Source: Heterodontus francisci
Lineage: Eukaryota
Direction: 5' to 3'
Length of the DNA: 64,000 nucleotides
Assembly (NCBI RefSeq): GCF_036365525.1
Contig: NC_090394.1
Coordinates: forward strand, 65,273,743-65,337,742
Shown here: positions 11,372-24,340 of the stretch, in pieces
How the letters are laid out: each line of letters starts with the position of its first letter
Position numbering within the stretch: position 1 is the stretch's first letter
Program-made: the position numbers and the translations under genes
Notes under the pieces: model-generated
The model's input: the letters and a program-made list of their open reading frames with translations, nothing else
What the model was told of the DNA's origin: nothing
The model's database searches: none

Positions 11372-14300
11372 TTACAGCACAGAAGGAGGCCATTAAGCCC
11401 ATCATGACTGTGCTGACATTAAAAACAAGAAATGCTGGAAATACTCAGCAGGTCTGGCAGCATCTTTGGAGAGAAAAACAGAGTTAATGTTCACCTGAAA
11501 CGTTAACTCTGCTTCTCTCTCCACAGATGCTGCCAGACCTGCTGAGTATTTCCAGCATTTCTTCTTTTTATTTCAGATTTCCAGCATCCGCAGTATTTTG
11601 CTTTTATTTATATGACGGTGCTGACCCTCTGTAAGATCAACACACCTCGGCCCACTTCCTTTTGCCTGTAGCCCTGAAAGTTTTTCTCTTTAGATAGTTA
11701 TCCAGTTTTCTTTTGAAGGCCTTAATTGAATATGCCTCCATCAGACACTCAGGCAGTGCATTCCAGATCCTAACTACTCACCGCATAAAATTTTCCCCCA
11801 TGTTACCATTGCTTCTTTTGCCAGTCACCTTAAATCAATGTCCTCTGGTTCTTGACCCTTCTGCCAATGGGAACAGTTTCTCTCTATCTATTTTGTCCAG
11901 ACCCCTTATGATTTTGAACATCTCTATCAAAATTCCTCTTAATCTTCTCTTCTCTAAGGAGAACAGCGCCATCTTCAATCTATTTATGTAACTGAAGTTC
12001 CTCATCCCTTGAACCATTCTCATGAATCTTTTTCTGCACCTTCTTTAATGCCCTAACATCCTTCCTAAAGTGCAGTGCCCAGATTTGGATGCAATATTCT
12101 GGTTGAGGCCAAACCAATGTTTTATACATGTTTATCATAGCTTTCTTGCTTTTCCCATATTTATAAAGCCCAGGATCCTGCACGGTTTATTAACTGCTTT
12201 CTTAACCTGCCCTGCCACCTTCAATTATTTGTGCACATATACCCCCAGATCATTCTGCTCCTACACCCCCTTTAGTTTTGAGCCCTTTAATTTATATTGC
12301 CTCTCCTTGTTTTTCCTACTAGAATGAATCACTTCACACTTTTTTTGCATTAAATTTCATCTGCCACTTGTCCGCCCATTCCACCAGCCTGTCTATGTCC
12401 TCTTGATGTTTGTCACTATCCTCCTTACAGTTCACAATACTTCCAAGTTTTTGTCATCTGCAAATTTTAAAATTGTGCCCTGTACACCCAAGTCTAGGTC
12501 ATTAATATATATCAAGAAACGTAGGGGTCCTAACACTGACGCCAGGAGAATCCCACTTATATATCTTCCTCCAGTCTGTAAAACAGTCGTTCACAATTAC
12601 TCTGTTTCCTGTCACTCAGCCAATTTCATATCTGTGCTGGCATTGTCCCTTTTATTCCATGGGCCCTACCTTTGCTGGTAAGCCTGTTATGTGGCACTTT
12701 ATCAAATGCCTTTTGGAAGTCCATGTACATCACATCAACTACATTACCCTCATCAACCCTCTTTGTTATCTTATTAAAAAAAACTCCAGCAAGTTAGTTA
12801 AACCTGATTTGCTTTCAAATCCGTGCTGGCTTTCCTTAATTAATCCATATTTGTCCAAGTGACTATTAATTTTGTACCAAATGATCGTTTCTAAAAGTTT
12901 TCCCACCACTGGGGTTAAACTGACTGACATGTAGTTGCTGGGCTTATCCCCGCTCCCTCTTTTTTGAACAAGAATGTAACATTTGCAATTCTGTAGTCCT
13001 CTGGCACCAACCCTGTATCTAAAGAGGATTGGAAGATTATGGGCAGTACCTCCACAATTTCCATCTTTCTCTGAGCATTCTTGATGCATCTCATGCGGTG
13101 ATTTATTAACTTTAAGTACAGCCAGCATATCTAATACCACCTCTTCATCAATTTATAGCCCATCCAGTATCCCAACTGCCTCCTCCTTCACTATGACTTG
13201 GGCAACATCTTCCTCCTTGGTAAAGACAGATGCAAAATACTCATTTAGTACCACAGTGATGCCCCCTGCCTCCATGGGTAAATCCCCTTTTAGGTGCCTA
13301 ATCGGTTCCACTCCTCCTTTTACCCGCCCTCCCCTTTACTATTTATATGCCTATAGAAGACTTTTAGATTCCCTTTTGTGTTAGCTGCAGTTTCTTCTCA
13401 TAGACTCTCTGTGCCTCTCTTTGTTTTTTCACTTCCCCTCTGAACCTTCTATATTCATCCTGGTTCTCAATTATATTATCTGCCTGACATCTGTCGTGTG
13501 CATCCTTTTTCTGCTTCATATTACTCTCTATCTCTTCTGTCATCCAGGAAGCTCTGGATCTGTTTTCCCTATCTTTCCTCCTCGTGGGAATGTACCTTGG
13601 TTGTACCCGAGCTATCTCCTTTTTAAATGCAACCCATTGTTCAGTTACAGTTTTACCTGCCAATCTTTGATTCCATTTTACTCGGACCAGATCCGTTCTC
13701 ACTCCATTCAAGTTGGCCCTCCCCCAATTAATTATCTTTACTCTGAATTGCTCTGTGTCCTTTTCCATAGCAGCATAAGGTTTAGGTTAGTTATTGTCAC
13801 TGTCCCCTAAATTTTCCCCTACTGGTACTTGATTCACTTGACCCACCTCATTCCTCAGAACCAGATCCAGCAATGCCTCCTTCCTTGTTGGACTGGAAGC
13901 ATACTGATGTAAAAAAATTCTCCTGAACACACTGTAGAAACTCTTGTCCCTCTTTGCCATTTACACTGACTATCCCAGTCCGTATCTGGATCGTATCAGT
14001 CCCCATTGCAACTACTTTATAATTCTTGCACCTCTCTGTAATTTCCTTACAAATTTGTTCCTCTATACCTTTCCCATTAGTTGGTGGCCTATAAAATAGA
14101 CCCAGTAGTGTAATGGTACCTCTGTTTCTTAGCTCTAACTAAATAGATTCTGTCCTTGATCCCTCTAGGACGTCCGTTCTCTCCAGTACTAACAATAATC
14201 TCCTTAATCAATACTGCTATCCCTCATCTCCCTTCCCTATCTTTCCTGAACACCTTGTATCCAGGAATATTTAGTATTCAGGAATATGTAGTACCCAGTT

Positions 14301-14650
14301 TTGCCCTTTCTTGAGCCAGGTCTCCGTTATCGCCACAACATCATATTTCCTTGTGGCTATCTGCACCTGCAGCTCACCATCTTATTCACCACACAATCAT
14401 ATACATGCACAGTATACCTAACATAGACCTTATTTCATCCCCTCTTACTCTGATCCCTCTAGCACTATCTATCTCTCCCAATTATCTGTGCACCTTGGTT
14501 TTCCTTTCTAACATACCTCCTAGTTCCCCCGCCCCTGCCAAGTTAGTTTAAACCCTCCCCAATAGAACTAGCAAATCGCCCCACGAGGACCTTGATCCTG
14601 GCTCTGAGGTGCAATCTGGCTGGACTGTATGGGTCCCATCTCCCCCAGAA
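11372..14650 (-). mobile_element. CR1 LINE, long degenerate copy
   Basis: Minus-strand ORF fragments (INWGRANLNGVR, LIKESQHGF, FSLEKRRLRG, EGSRTRGH). Its 3' UTR is interrupted by the palindromic insert at 11418-11611. Confidence 0.85.
11418..11611. mobile_element. Penelope-like-derived palindromic short element
   Basis: ~70-bp inverted arms spanning 11420-11570 (aaatgctggaaatactcagcaggtctggcagcatc / gatgctgccagacctgctgagtatttccagcattt). 14-bp TSD atgactgtgctgac (11404-11417) / atgacggtgctgac (11612-11625). Confidence 0.7.
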
Positions 14651-15429
14651 TTGGAATTTCCACTGTATTTGCACTTAGAGATGCGTGAATCAAATACGCA
14701 TCCTGATCAAGGAATTTTGGGTGTAGGTTATGCCATAAGCACAATACAACTTTTAATTTCCCCCATCCCATTTCAACTCTGATTCCTTTTGCATTACTCC
14801 AGCCAAACTCAGTGCGACCTTCAGGAACGGTTTCTTTTCTCCTTGGCAAACTGAAACCTTTTGATATGGACGTTAACTTTAGTAATTTCAGACTTCTCAT
14901 TTTCTTTTTCGCAAGAGGAGGTTGTCACTTTAATTATAAAGCTACCATTAGAAATTAGCTCTGATGGAGGTTCTGTACTCAGGTTGTTGGCTTTTTTCCC
15001 TCCTATTGGAGACTGCTAGCCTCTTGTCTAGGACCAACATTTCCTGGTTTTGTTTCAGACTTCCTGCATATTTTACCCCTTTTTGGCTTTCTTCTTGTGG
15101 TTTTCCCCATGCTTTTCACTATTGCTGCTATTTGTAAGCTTATTTTGTTCTAATGCCTTTTCACTGCTTCAGATTTTTTTGTATTAACTCATGTGTTCCT
15201 GCTTTTCTATTAAGTTTACAGGTCATTTAACCCATTAATTTCCTCTTGTGATTGAACTATTTGTCTTTTTTCCTTTCTCACCCTTTTTTTCCTCCCCTGG
15301 TAAGGGGCTTACTTGTCTTTTAGTTTTAAGGTCCAAGGAAGGGTGTGCACCTGAAAAGTAGCTTGTCTTTTCTTTTCACAGATACTGACAGACCTGATGT
15401 ATATTCCCAACATTTCCTGTTTCTGTTTC

Positions 15430-16580
15430 AGATTAGGGAAGCCCTTGATTCCAGCATTGATTCATGCTGATCCTTGCTGGGACAAGCGGTTGTGACTCTT
15501 CAGTTATCTTCGGCACTCTTGAGTTAGGAAGGGATAAATTGGCTAGCTTCCTGACTTCTGATTGCTATCTAGTCACTTTTGCTGGAATTACACCTATGTG
15601 AATATTGAATGAGAACAGGAGAGAGTTGAAAAGCTTGCTGATACTGACTGGACTCACATGTGGAAAAATTATCATTTAACTGAGGTACCAAAGGGAATAT
15701 GGAACCAGCACCTGTGTAGTGTACCCATTCAAGAATTGCCACCTTCAGGGGAGGAGTGGATTTTTAAAAAATGGGTGAAAAAGGATAATTGTAAATGAAT
15801 ATACTTTTTTTACAATTCAAAGGAGCACTGTCTTTGTAAAAACAAAAGTGATAGATCTTTAATCCTGTTTGGAAAGGGAGAAAAAATACATTTTGGACCT
15901 GTTACTATCTTGCAGAAACAGTGCATTGGAAGTAATCAATGCAGTTTTAACTAATTGTATTGCTTGTTATCAAATGGCAAGACATTTGCTAAACCCATGA
16001 AGATAATGCTGCTTAAATGTGCAGCAATTTACTAATCTTGCTATGAACTCAGGTTGAGTCCTATTCCATATTACTTCATAATATGCTTTATATTAAATTT
16101 AGTGATCATATTCTAATATGAGAGGTAGGATTCTGCAAGTGTTCTGCATCTGAAAATTCTCATTTGAACACCAATCCAGTTAAATGTGTACTGTTTTAGT
16201 AGTTTACTGTGTGTTTTAGATTACGATTAAGCAAACTGGCAATCCTAATTGTTTAGTGTGCAAATGTGTTGTATGGTACTGAGCTGTATTGTACAGGAAG
16301 GTTGCAGGTTCAGTCACTGATCTGTACAGGGGGCAGAGTGCTACAGTTAATTTCTGTGACCCTTGGGCTAAAGTCAGCCAAGATACCAGCTTCTGATCTG
16401 CTATCTAAAAACTCTGGGTGCAAGTATCTGAACATGAATATCAAGTTAGGCTGTGATACCACCCAAAGTCAAATAGCACTCCATATTCTGTGGCTTATGA
16501 GAATCCCCACTTGAACGAGGTACCACAAATTTGCCAATACCGCAGTATGAGCTGCCATCTTCAGTAGAGGATGGGATAAG
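15430..16580 (+). repeat. Two ancient copies of an unclassified tRNA-derived SINE (~15430-15760 and ~16250-16580)
   Basis: Mutually similar segments (ctgattgctatct / ctgatctgctatct; gaggtacca; caccttcagg / catcttcagt). A third copy lies on the minus strand at ~45930-46260. Confidence 0.5.
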
Positions 16581-16954
16581 ATTGAGGTGGAAAAATAAAA
16601 AACTGAACTTGTAAAGGATCTAGTATGTGAACTTTTTGAGTAGTGCTACCTTTATACCAACGGTCTCCTCTGTTGTCTTTTTCAGTCTCTGTAGGGCTGT
16701 TTGAAAATAAACTGGGTGCGAAGAGAGACATTACGCTGTACACAAAATATTTGTATTAAATCCTTAGGATGTATGGAGTAAAGTGACATAAGTGCAAGTC
16801 CTCTGCCAGGGGAGGGATGTCTCTTGGTTGAACTTGTTCAGCCAACAGTAGAAACCTGGTAGTACAGCAGTTGTCAAATATCTAAGGACCTGAATGTTTT
16901 GAAGACATTGGAATTAGCCGACACATATTTGTCCCCTAATTTAGGAAATAAGGA

Positions 16955-17405
16955 AGACTTGCATTTATATACGCTTTTCACAACCATTGGACATCTCCAA
17001 GCGCTTTATAGGCAATAAAGTATTTTTGAAGTGTCGTTACTGTTGTAACATAGAAAACACAGCAGCCAATTTGCACACAGCAAACTCCCACAAACAGCAA
17101 TGTGATAATGGCCAGATAATCTGTTTTTTGGGTAATGTTGATTTGAGGGATAACTATTGGCCAGGACATTGGAGATATGGGGATAAACTCCCCTGATCTT
17201 CAATTTAGTGCCATGGGATCTTTTACAGAGCAGACAGGTGAGGCCTCAGCTTAACGTCTCAGCTGAAAGACAGGACCTCCGACAGTACAGCACTCCCTCA
17301 GTACTGCACTGGAGCACCAGCCTTGATTTTTGTGCTCAAGTTCTGGAGTAGGACTTGAACCTGGAATCTTGTGACTCGGGAGAGTGCTGTCAGAGTACTG
17401 AGGCG
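16955..17405 (-). mobile_element. Deu-domain SINE (SacSINE1-like), near full length
   Basis: tRNA-like head (ggacttgaacc B-box complement), Deu core and L2-like tail. Ends ~90 bp before NUBP2 exon 2. Confidence 0.7.
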
Positions 17406-17493
17406 GGGCTGACTCAAAGTTAGGCTGTGCCTTGATATGTTTAAGTTGCTGAAATGTACTTGATTTTAATAATGTAACCCTTTTAAAACAAAG

Positions 17494-17606
17494 ATAACCT
17501 AGCTGCTGTTGACCACATCCTGCTGGTTCTTTCTGGCAAAGGAGGAGTTGGGAAAAGTACCATAACAACGGAGTTAGCACTTGCACTGAGGAATGTGGGG
17601 AAAAAG
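17494..17606 (+). CDS. NUBP2: NUBP2 exon 2 (deviant Walker A P-loop)
   Basis: aag|AT AAC...: [37 protein letters not shown]|gtaaga. Confidence 0.95.
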
Positions 17607-19195
17607 GTAAGATGAAATAAGTGTAGACAAGGTGCGAATATTCTGCTAATGCTTAACAAAATGTATCATGTATCTTTATGTGTGAAGGGTATTGGTTTAA
17701 ATAAAATTGTTCCTTTTCTGTCACATGATGCTACCTCAGTGATGAGTCCATAAGGACACAATATGACAGCAGAAAGGAAAAGGCTATGCAAAACCTGCTG
17801 ATGGTAGCAAAAGAAACAAACACAAATTATAGAAGTTTAACTACAGAAGGAACCTATTTCTGCTTCTCTTGCCTGTGCAACTGTGGCTCTGCACCAGAGC
17901 TATCAACTCTAGTCTAATTTTAGCCCTTTCTGAAATATAACTTGGTACAGATTCCTTTTTAGGTGCAGTTGACAATCCAGGCGCAAAATGCGCTCAGAAT
18001 TACGCTGGTTTCCTGAAATGAATTTTTTGCTCAAGTGTCTGCTCACTCATTTGCATATATCACCAAACAAAAATATTCCATGAACCAATGCAGTTGGGCA
18101 GTGTTTTAGAACATAATTGTTTTATTTTTGTCTTCTTACATTAAAAATAATCCTTGCTATATCTAAGAGCGGTAACCTAGAACAGTTTTATTAATACAGC
18201 TGAAAATATGTTTTATCATGAACAGTAAGAACCTTAATAAGTATCTAGTGCACCACCTGATTTTAAACCACTGAAAATGACTTAAAACTGTACAGAACCA
18301 TTTACTAGTTTCATTGGTGTATAGTAGTCAGTTTATAGTAAGTTAAATATTTTTTAATATTTAAAAGCTTTTAAAAGGTGACAATTAGTGTCCTTGCACA
18401 TAAAAAGAAAAACAGCTCAATTTTAAGAGCATCCTCAAAGGGCTACATACAGGTGCATTTAGTGGAAACTCACCATAGTGATTAATTCGATCTGGGGGTG
18501 TAGCCAGTTTTGTGGGCAGGACCGGCGTCAAAAGATCGCAGAAACTCAATTTGCGCTGGCTATAATTTGCACCTGAAAATCCTAGTGCAAACTAACTGAA
18601 ACTGGATAGTTTGTCAGCTTGAAATACTTCCACATCACTGTCACTAGATCATTTCTAAATTGCTGGCAGAAGCAGTCTAAAATTTTGTTTCTGTTAAATT
18701 TTCTTTAAATCTCATCAGAGGGAAAAGAAAGTGAGGCATAACTAAGAAAAAAAAATCGAATGGTTTAATAACACTTATTTAAAGAAAATGTAAATTCAAA
18801 AAGAAAAGATTGCAAATGTTCAAATCCTTTTGTGTTCTTTCCAAATGTATATCCAATTCACTTTCACATTTAGTTTCTTTCTCAGTAGCCGCTTGTGCTA
18901 AAACATTCCATGTTCTGATCATGTGCTGTGGAAAAAAAATTCTAGCTTCCTGTTTTCCTGCTAATTTTGAGTCCGATTTGAATTGGTAATAGTTTTTCAC
19001 TGAATGTTCTCTGAAATCCTTTTATAATTTTGAAAACCTCCATTTGATCTTTTTCCACCTTATTTAACTTCTTCCTGTAAGAAACTAAGGTTTTTCATAA
19101 CTATAACCTCTAGTTTTTCTATAATTCTAGTCAATCTCTGCTGTCAAGCCCTTTCAGTTATTTGTTTAATTTATTGCTGAATTGTTTTATTCTAG

Positions 19196-19394
19196 GTTGG
19201 AATTCTGGACATTGATCTGTGTGGTCCCAGCATCCCTCGGATGCTGAATGTTCTGAATAGTGCTGTACACCAATGCGATGCTGGTTGGGTACCAGTTTAT
19301 GTAGACAAAGATAAAACAATGTGCTTGATGTCAATAGGCTTTCTCTTGGAGACTCCGGATGAAGCTGTGATATGGAGAGGGCCAAAGAAAACAG
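19196..19394 (+). CDS. NUBP2: NUBP2 exon 3
   Basis: tctag|[17 protein letters not shown]...[24 protein letters not shown]|gtgagg. Confidence 0.97.
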
Positions 19395-20809
19395 GTGAGG
19401 TCATAATACTTCAATGCACACAACAAAAGAATCTTGTGTTGTAGTTCATCAATAATTAATTAAAAGTAATTTGTTACTGTCCGGAACATTCCTTCACGTT
19501 TCCAAACAATGCACAGGTTACAGCAAACCATTTTGCTGAGAATTTTTGTTTTGTTTTGTGTAGAGTTAAATAGGAAATGATTAATTTGGAATAAAGTTCA
19601 AGAAAAGGATCTGAATTCTTGGTACTAGAATAGCTGGTCATAAAAATGGATCTTCAGAATTTTGCACTTCAAACATTGCATTTAGTATCCAGTCCTTTAT
19701 AAAAATAAGAATGAGAGAAAGGCAGTCACTTCATAATTTTTTTTCTGACTTGCAGCCAACAGTTTACAAATGCTTGCCAATTTGCAAATTTTGAACAGCA
19801 ATTAACCCCTAACTGATTTCCTATCCTGTGCAGACAGAAATTAGACTTTAAAGGCTTAGGCCCAATTCAACACAACTGCAACTTGGCAGCAGAAAGGTAC
19901 ACTCTGTATTACGTGGTGTACTGCTTCTGTTGCAAAAATGGCATATGCTCCAACTTATGAGCAATACCGCAGAAGATTTGATTCAGGCAGTTAAATTTCA
20001 CAGGCATTCTACCCATCTCCCTGATGTAACTCAAGTGGGAGATTGGTGTAGCCCCCCAGGGAAATGGCGTTGTGGGTGAAAACAGCGACTTACATTATCT
20101 TGTGAATTATCAGTGGAACCCCCATGAAATTTCAGGGCCCTTGTGTCTGTGTGTACTGCCTTTTCATTTCTTCCAGTGGCAGGAGGGTGTAATTGCAGTT
20201 TAACACAAGGTTACATTGGCGGTTTCCATTATAAATGTGGACATGGAAATATAAAGATAATAGCATGGAAATGGGAAAAAAAAATAGAATGTATGACTAA
20301 AATGGGGACTAAATTATGTCTGCACCCCTGTCCTTGACTGGCAGGAAAGGACCAAGTCATCCATCAAGCCGGTCCCATACTCATGATACCTGGAGCACCA
20401 TGACTAGACACGTCCTATTCCCGTCCCCCAGCAGCCATGCAATCTCCTGGGAGAGGCAAGAAAACCACGCCGCCCTCTAACCCTATTTCATCTGGAGGCT
20501 ATACTTGGACTTAAATATTTGTATGTAGTGGCAGGGGGATTGATGAATGTATTTGAAAAATACATTTGTGACTTAGAATTTTCTTTCTTCAGTTAGTAGG
20601 AAATTTGGTCTCTGATGACAGGTTGTTTTTTTTAAATGGGCCATTTAAAGAACAGATTTCAGTTCAGTCCTTAAAAAAAAAAACCCAGAAGGTGAGGCTG
20701 TGTTTTTTTTAGAGTTGTATAAAGTAGATCTTATCTAACGGAAATAGGTGCAGTTGAGTGACTGTAACCCTGGAAAATTAACTTGCAATCTGATGGTGGA
20801 GGCAATAGT

Positions 20810-23505
20810 TTTTTTTTCATGCATGGGATGTGGGCGTCGCTGGCCAGGCCAGCATTTATTGCCCATTCCTAATTTCCCTTGAGAAGGTGGGGGTGAGCTG
20901 CCCTCTTGAACCACTACAGTCCATGTGGGGTAGATACACCCACAGTGCTGTTAGGAAGGGAGTTCCAGGATTTTGACCCAGCCACAGTGAAGGAACGCCG
21001 ATATAGTTCCAAGTCAGGATGGTGTGTGACTTGGAGGGGAACTTGCAGCTGGTGGTGTTCCCATGCATTTGCTGCCCTTGTCCTTCTAGTTGGTAGAGGT
21101 CGTGGGTTTGGAAGGTGCTGTCTAAGGAGCCTTGGTGCGTTGCTACAGTGCATCTTGTAGATGGTACACACAGCTGCCACTGTGCGTTGATGGTGGAGGG
21201 AGTGAATGTTTGTAGATGGGGTGCCAATCAAGTGGGCTGCTTTGTCCTGGATGGTGTCGAGCTTCTTGAGTGGTGTTGGAGTTGCACCCATCCAGGCAAG
21301 TGGAGAGTATTCCATCACACTCCTGACCTGTGCCTTGTAGATGGTGGACAGGCTTTGGGGAGTCAGGAGGTGCGTTACTCGCCGCAGGATTCCTAGCCTC
21401 TGACCTGCTCTTGTAACCACGGTATTTATATGGCTGCTCCAGTTCAGTTTCTGGTCAATGGTAGCCCCTAGGATGTTGATAGTGGGGGATTCAGCGATGG
21501 TAATGCCATTGAACGTCAAGGGGAGATGGCTAGGTTCTCCCGTTGGAGATGGTCATTGCCTGGCACTTGTGTGGCGCGAATGTTACTTGCCACTTATTGC
21601 CCAAGCCTGGATACTGTCCAAGTCTTTCTGCATTTCTACACGGACTGCTTCAGTATCTGAGGAGTCACGAATGGTGCTGAACACTGTGCAATCATCAATG
21701 AACATCCCCACTTCTGACCTTATGATTGAAGGAAGGTCATTGATGAAGCAGCTGAAGATGATTGGGCCGAGGACACTACCCTGAGGAACTCCTGCAGTGA
21801 TGTCCTGGAGCTCAGATGATTGACCTGCAAAAACCACAACCATCTTCCTTTGTGCTAGGTTTGACTCCAGCCAGCGGAGGGTTTCCCCCCGATTCCCATT
21901 GACCTCAGTTTTGCTCGGTCAAATGCTGCCTTGATGTCAAGGGCAGTCACTCTCACCTAACCTCTTGAGTTCAGCTCTTTTGTCCATGTTTGAACCAAGG
22001 CTGTAATGAGGTCAGGAGCTGAGTGGCCCTGGCGGAACCCAAACTGAGCGTCACTGAGCAGGTTATTGCTAAGCAAGTGCTGCTTGATGGCACTGTTGAT
22101 GACATCTTACATCACTTTACTGATGATTGAGAGTAGACTGATGGGGCGGTAATTGGCCGGGTTGGACTTGTCCTGCTGTTTGTGTACAGGACATACCTGG
22201 GCAATTTTCCACGTTGCAAGGTAGATGCCAGTGTTGTAGCTGTACTGCAACAGCTTGGCTAGGGGCACGGCAAGTTCTGGAGCACAGGTCTTCAGTACTA
22301 TTGCCGGAATATTGTCTGGGCCCATAGCCTTTGCAGTATCCAGTGCCTTCAATCGTTTCTTGATATTACGCGGAGTGAATCGAATTGGCTGAAGTCTTGC
22401 ATCTGTGATGCTGGGGACTTAAGGAGAAGGCCTAGATGGATCATCAACTCGGCACATCTGGCTGAAGATTGTTGCAAATGCTTCTGCCTTATCTTTCGCA
22501 CTGATGTGCTGGGCTCCCCATCATTGAGGATGGGGATATTTGTGCAGCCACCTCCTCCAGTTAGTTGTTTAATTGTCCACCACCATTCACGGCCGGATGT
22601 GACAGGACTGCAGAGCTTTGATCTGATCCGTTGGTTATGGGATCGCTTGGCTCTGTCTATCGCATGCTGCTAACGCAGTTTGGCATGCAGATAGTCCTGT
22701 GTTGTCGCTTCACCAGGTTGGCGCCTCATTTTGAGCTATGCCTGGTGCTGCTCCTGGCATGCCCTCCTGCACTCTTCATTGAACCAGGGTTGGTCTCCTG
22801 GCTTGATGGTAATGGTAGAGCGGGGGATATGCTGTGCCATGAGGTTACAGATTGTGGTTGAGTACAATTCTGCTGCTGCTGATGGCCCACAGTGCCTCAT
22901 GGATGCCCAGTTTTGCATTGCTAGATCTGTTCGAAATCTATCCCATTTAGTACGGTGGTAGTACCACACAACACGAAGGAGGGTATCCTCATTGTGAAGG
23001 CGGGACTTTGTCTCCACAAGGACTGTGCGGTGGTCACTCCTACCAATACTGTCATGACAGATGCATCTGCGGCAGGCAGATTGGTGAGGACAAGGTCAAG
23101 TATGTTTTCCCCTCTTGTCGGTTCCCTCACCACCTGCCGCATACCCAGTCTAGCAGATATGTCCTTTAGGACTCGACCAGCTCGGTCAGTAGTGGTGCCT
23201 CCGAGCCAACTCTTGGTGATGGACATTGAGTCCCCCGCCCAGAGTACATTCTGTGCCCTTGCCACCCTCAGTGCTTCCTGCAAGTGGGGTTCAACATGGA
23301 GGAGTACTGACTCATCAGCTGAGGGAGGGCAGTAGGTTTCCTTGCCCATGTTTGACCTGATGCCATGAGACTTCATGAGGTCCAGAGTTGATGTTGAGGA
23401 CTCCCAGGGCAGCTCCCTCCCTACTGTATACCACTGTGCCACCACCTCTAGTGGGTCTGTCCTGCCGGTGGGACAGGACATACCCGGGGATGGTGATGGC
23501 AGTGT
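20810..23505 (-). mobile_element. CR1/L2-superfamily LINE (second family), APE + RT remnant
   Basis: Fragments of endonuclease (PTRGENILDLVLTN), RT (NYRPISLLSIISKVM, GVPQGSVLGP) and C-terminus, with a poly(A)-like tail at ~20810. Confidence 0.9.
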
Positions 23506-23626
23506 CTTTTTAACTTAGCACAAGGTGAACTGAGAGACTTTAATTATCTTCTGAATTTATAAAATAACTAAATATTCTTGTGTTTGCTTTAGACTTTTAA
23601 AAATGTTTTTTCCCCTCCTCACTTAG

Positions 23627-23781
23627 CTCTTATCAAGCAATTTATTTCTGACGTGGCCTGGGGAGAGCTCGACTATCTTATTGTAGACACTCCGCCTGGG
23701 ACCTCTGATGAACACATCTCAGTGGTGGAGTGCCTTCGCCAGCATAAACCTGATGGAGCTCTGCTGGTTACAACACCTCAG
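23627..23781 (+). CDS. NUBP2: NUBP2 exon 4 (Walker B / [10 protein letters not shown])
   Basis: cttag|(A)[51 protein letters not shown]|gtgcgt. Confidence 0.97.
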
Positions 23782-24340
23782 GTGCGTTTAATGAGGCCAA
23801 TAACTGTTTGTAGTTAAATATTGCTTACATTAATTGTTTCTGTAATTAGATATTTGAATGTTTTAAATTGTGGCACGCTGTATTCTGTCCTGGAAAAATG
23901 TGTGGTTTACATCCCAAGCAAACGCAGCCAAATTGTAGAAAATGTTTGAATAGGATCCCTGATGACTGAGATTGTTGATATTTGTCATGAAGCTATGGCG
24001 TCTGGGTTCTGTACTTTCAGTTCTGGTTTCAGCTCGAACTTTTGAGTGACAGACTGAACAGAACCAAATGTTGGCAGGGCAATTCTGATTAAGTTATGTA
24101 GCTATGGAGCACTTGCATCTCCCGATTGACCATTTCAACAAGAACAAAGTGGAGCAATAAAGAAGGCACTTGAATTTTTTCTTTAAAACGTTTAAAACAT
24201 TTGTGCAGAAAATACATTTTCTTTCCAATTAACATAATTTGAGTCTTCGACAACAAACAGATTTTTCAGGTTTGGGTGTGATACCACTGTTAGAAGTCTT
24301 CTGTTAATTTGGGCATGAGATTCCACAGGAGGCCATTTTA

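Noticed and set aside
14700-15180. Lys-rich minus-strand coding-like stretch
   Set aside because: Stops in all frames examined and no recognisable homology; probably an ancient TE remnant.
17470-17493. Weak NUBP2 exon 2 acceptor suggesting a U12-type intron
   Set aside because: The intron 1 donor is GTAACG rather than RTATCCTT and there is no TCCTTAAC branch site; treated as a weak U2 acceptor.
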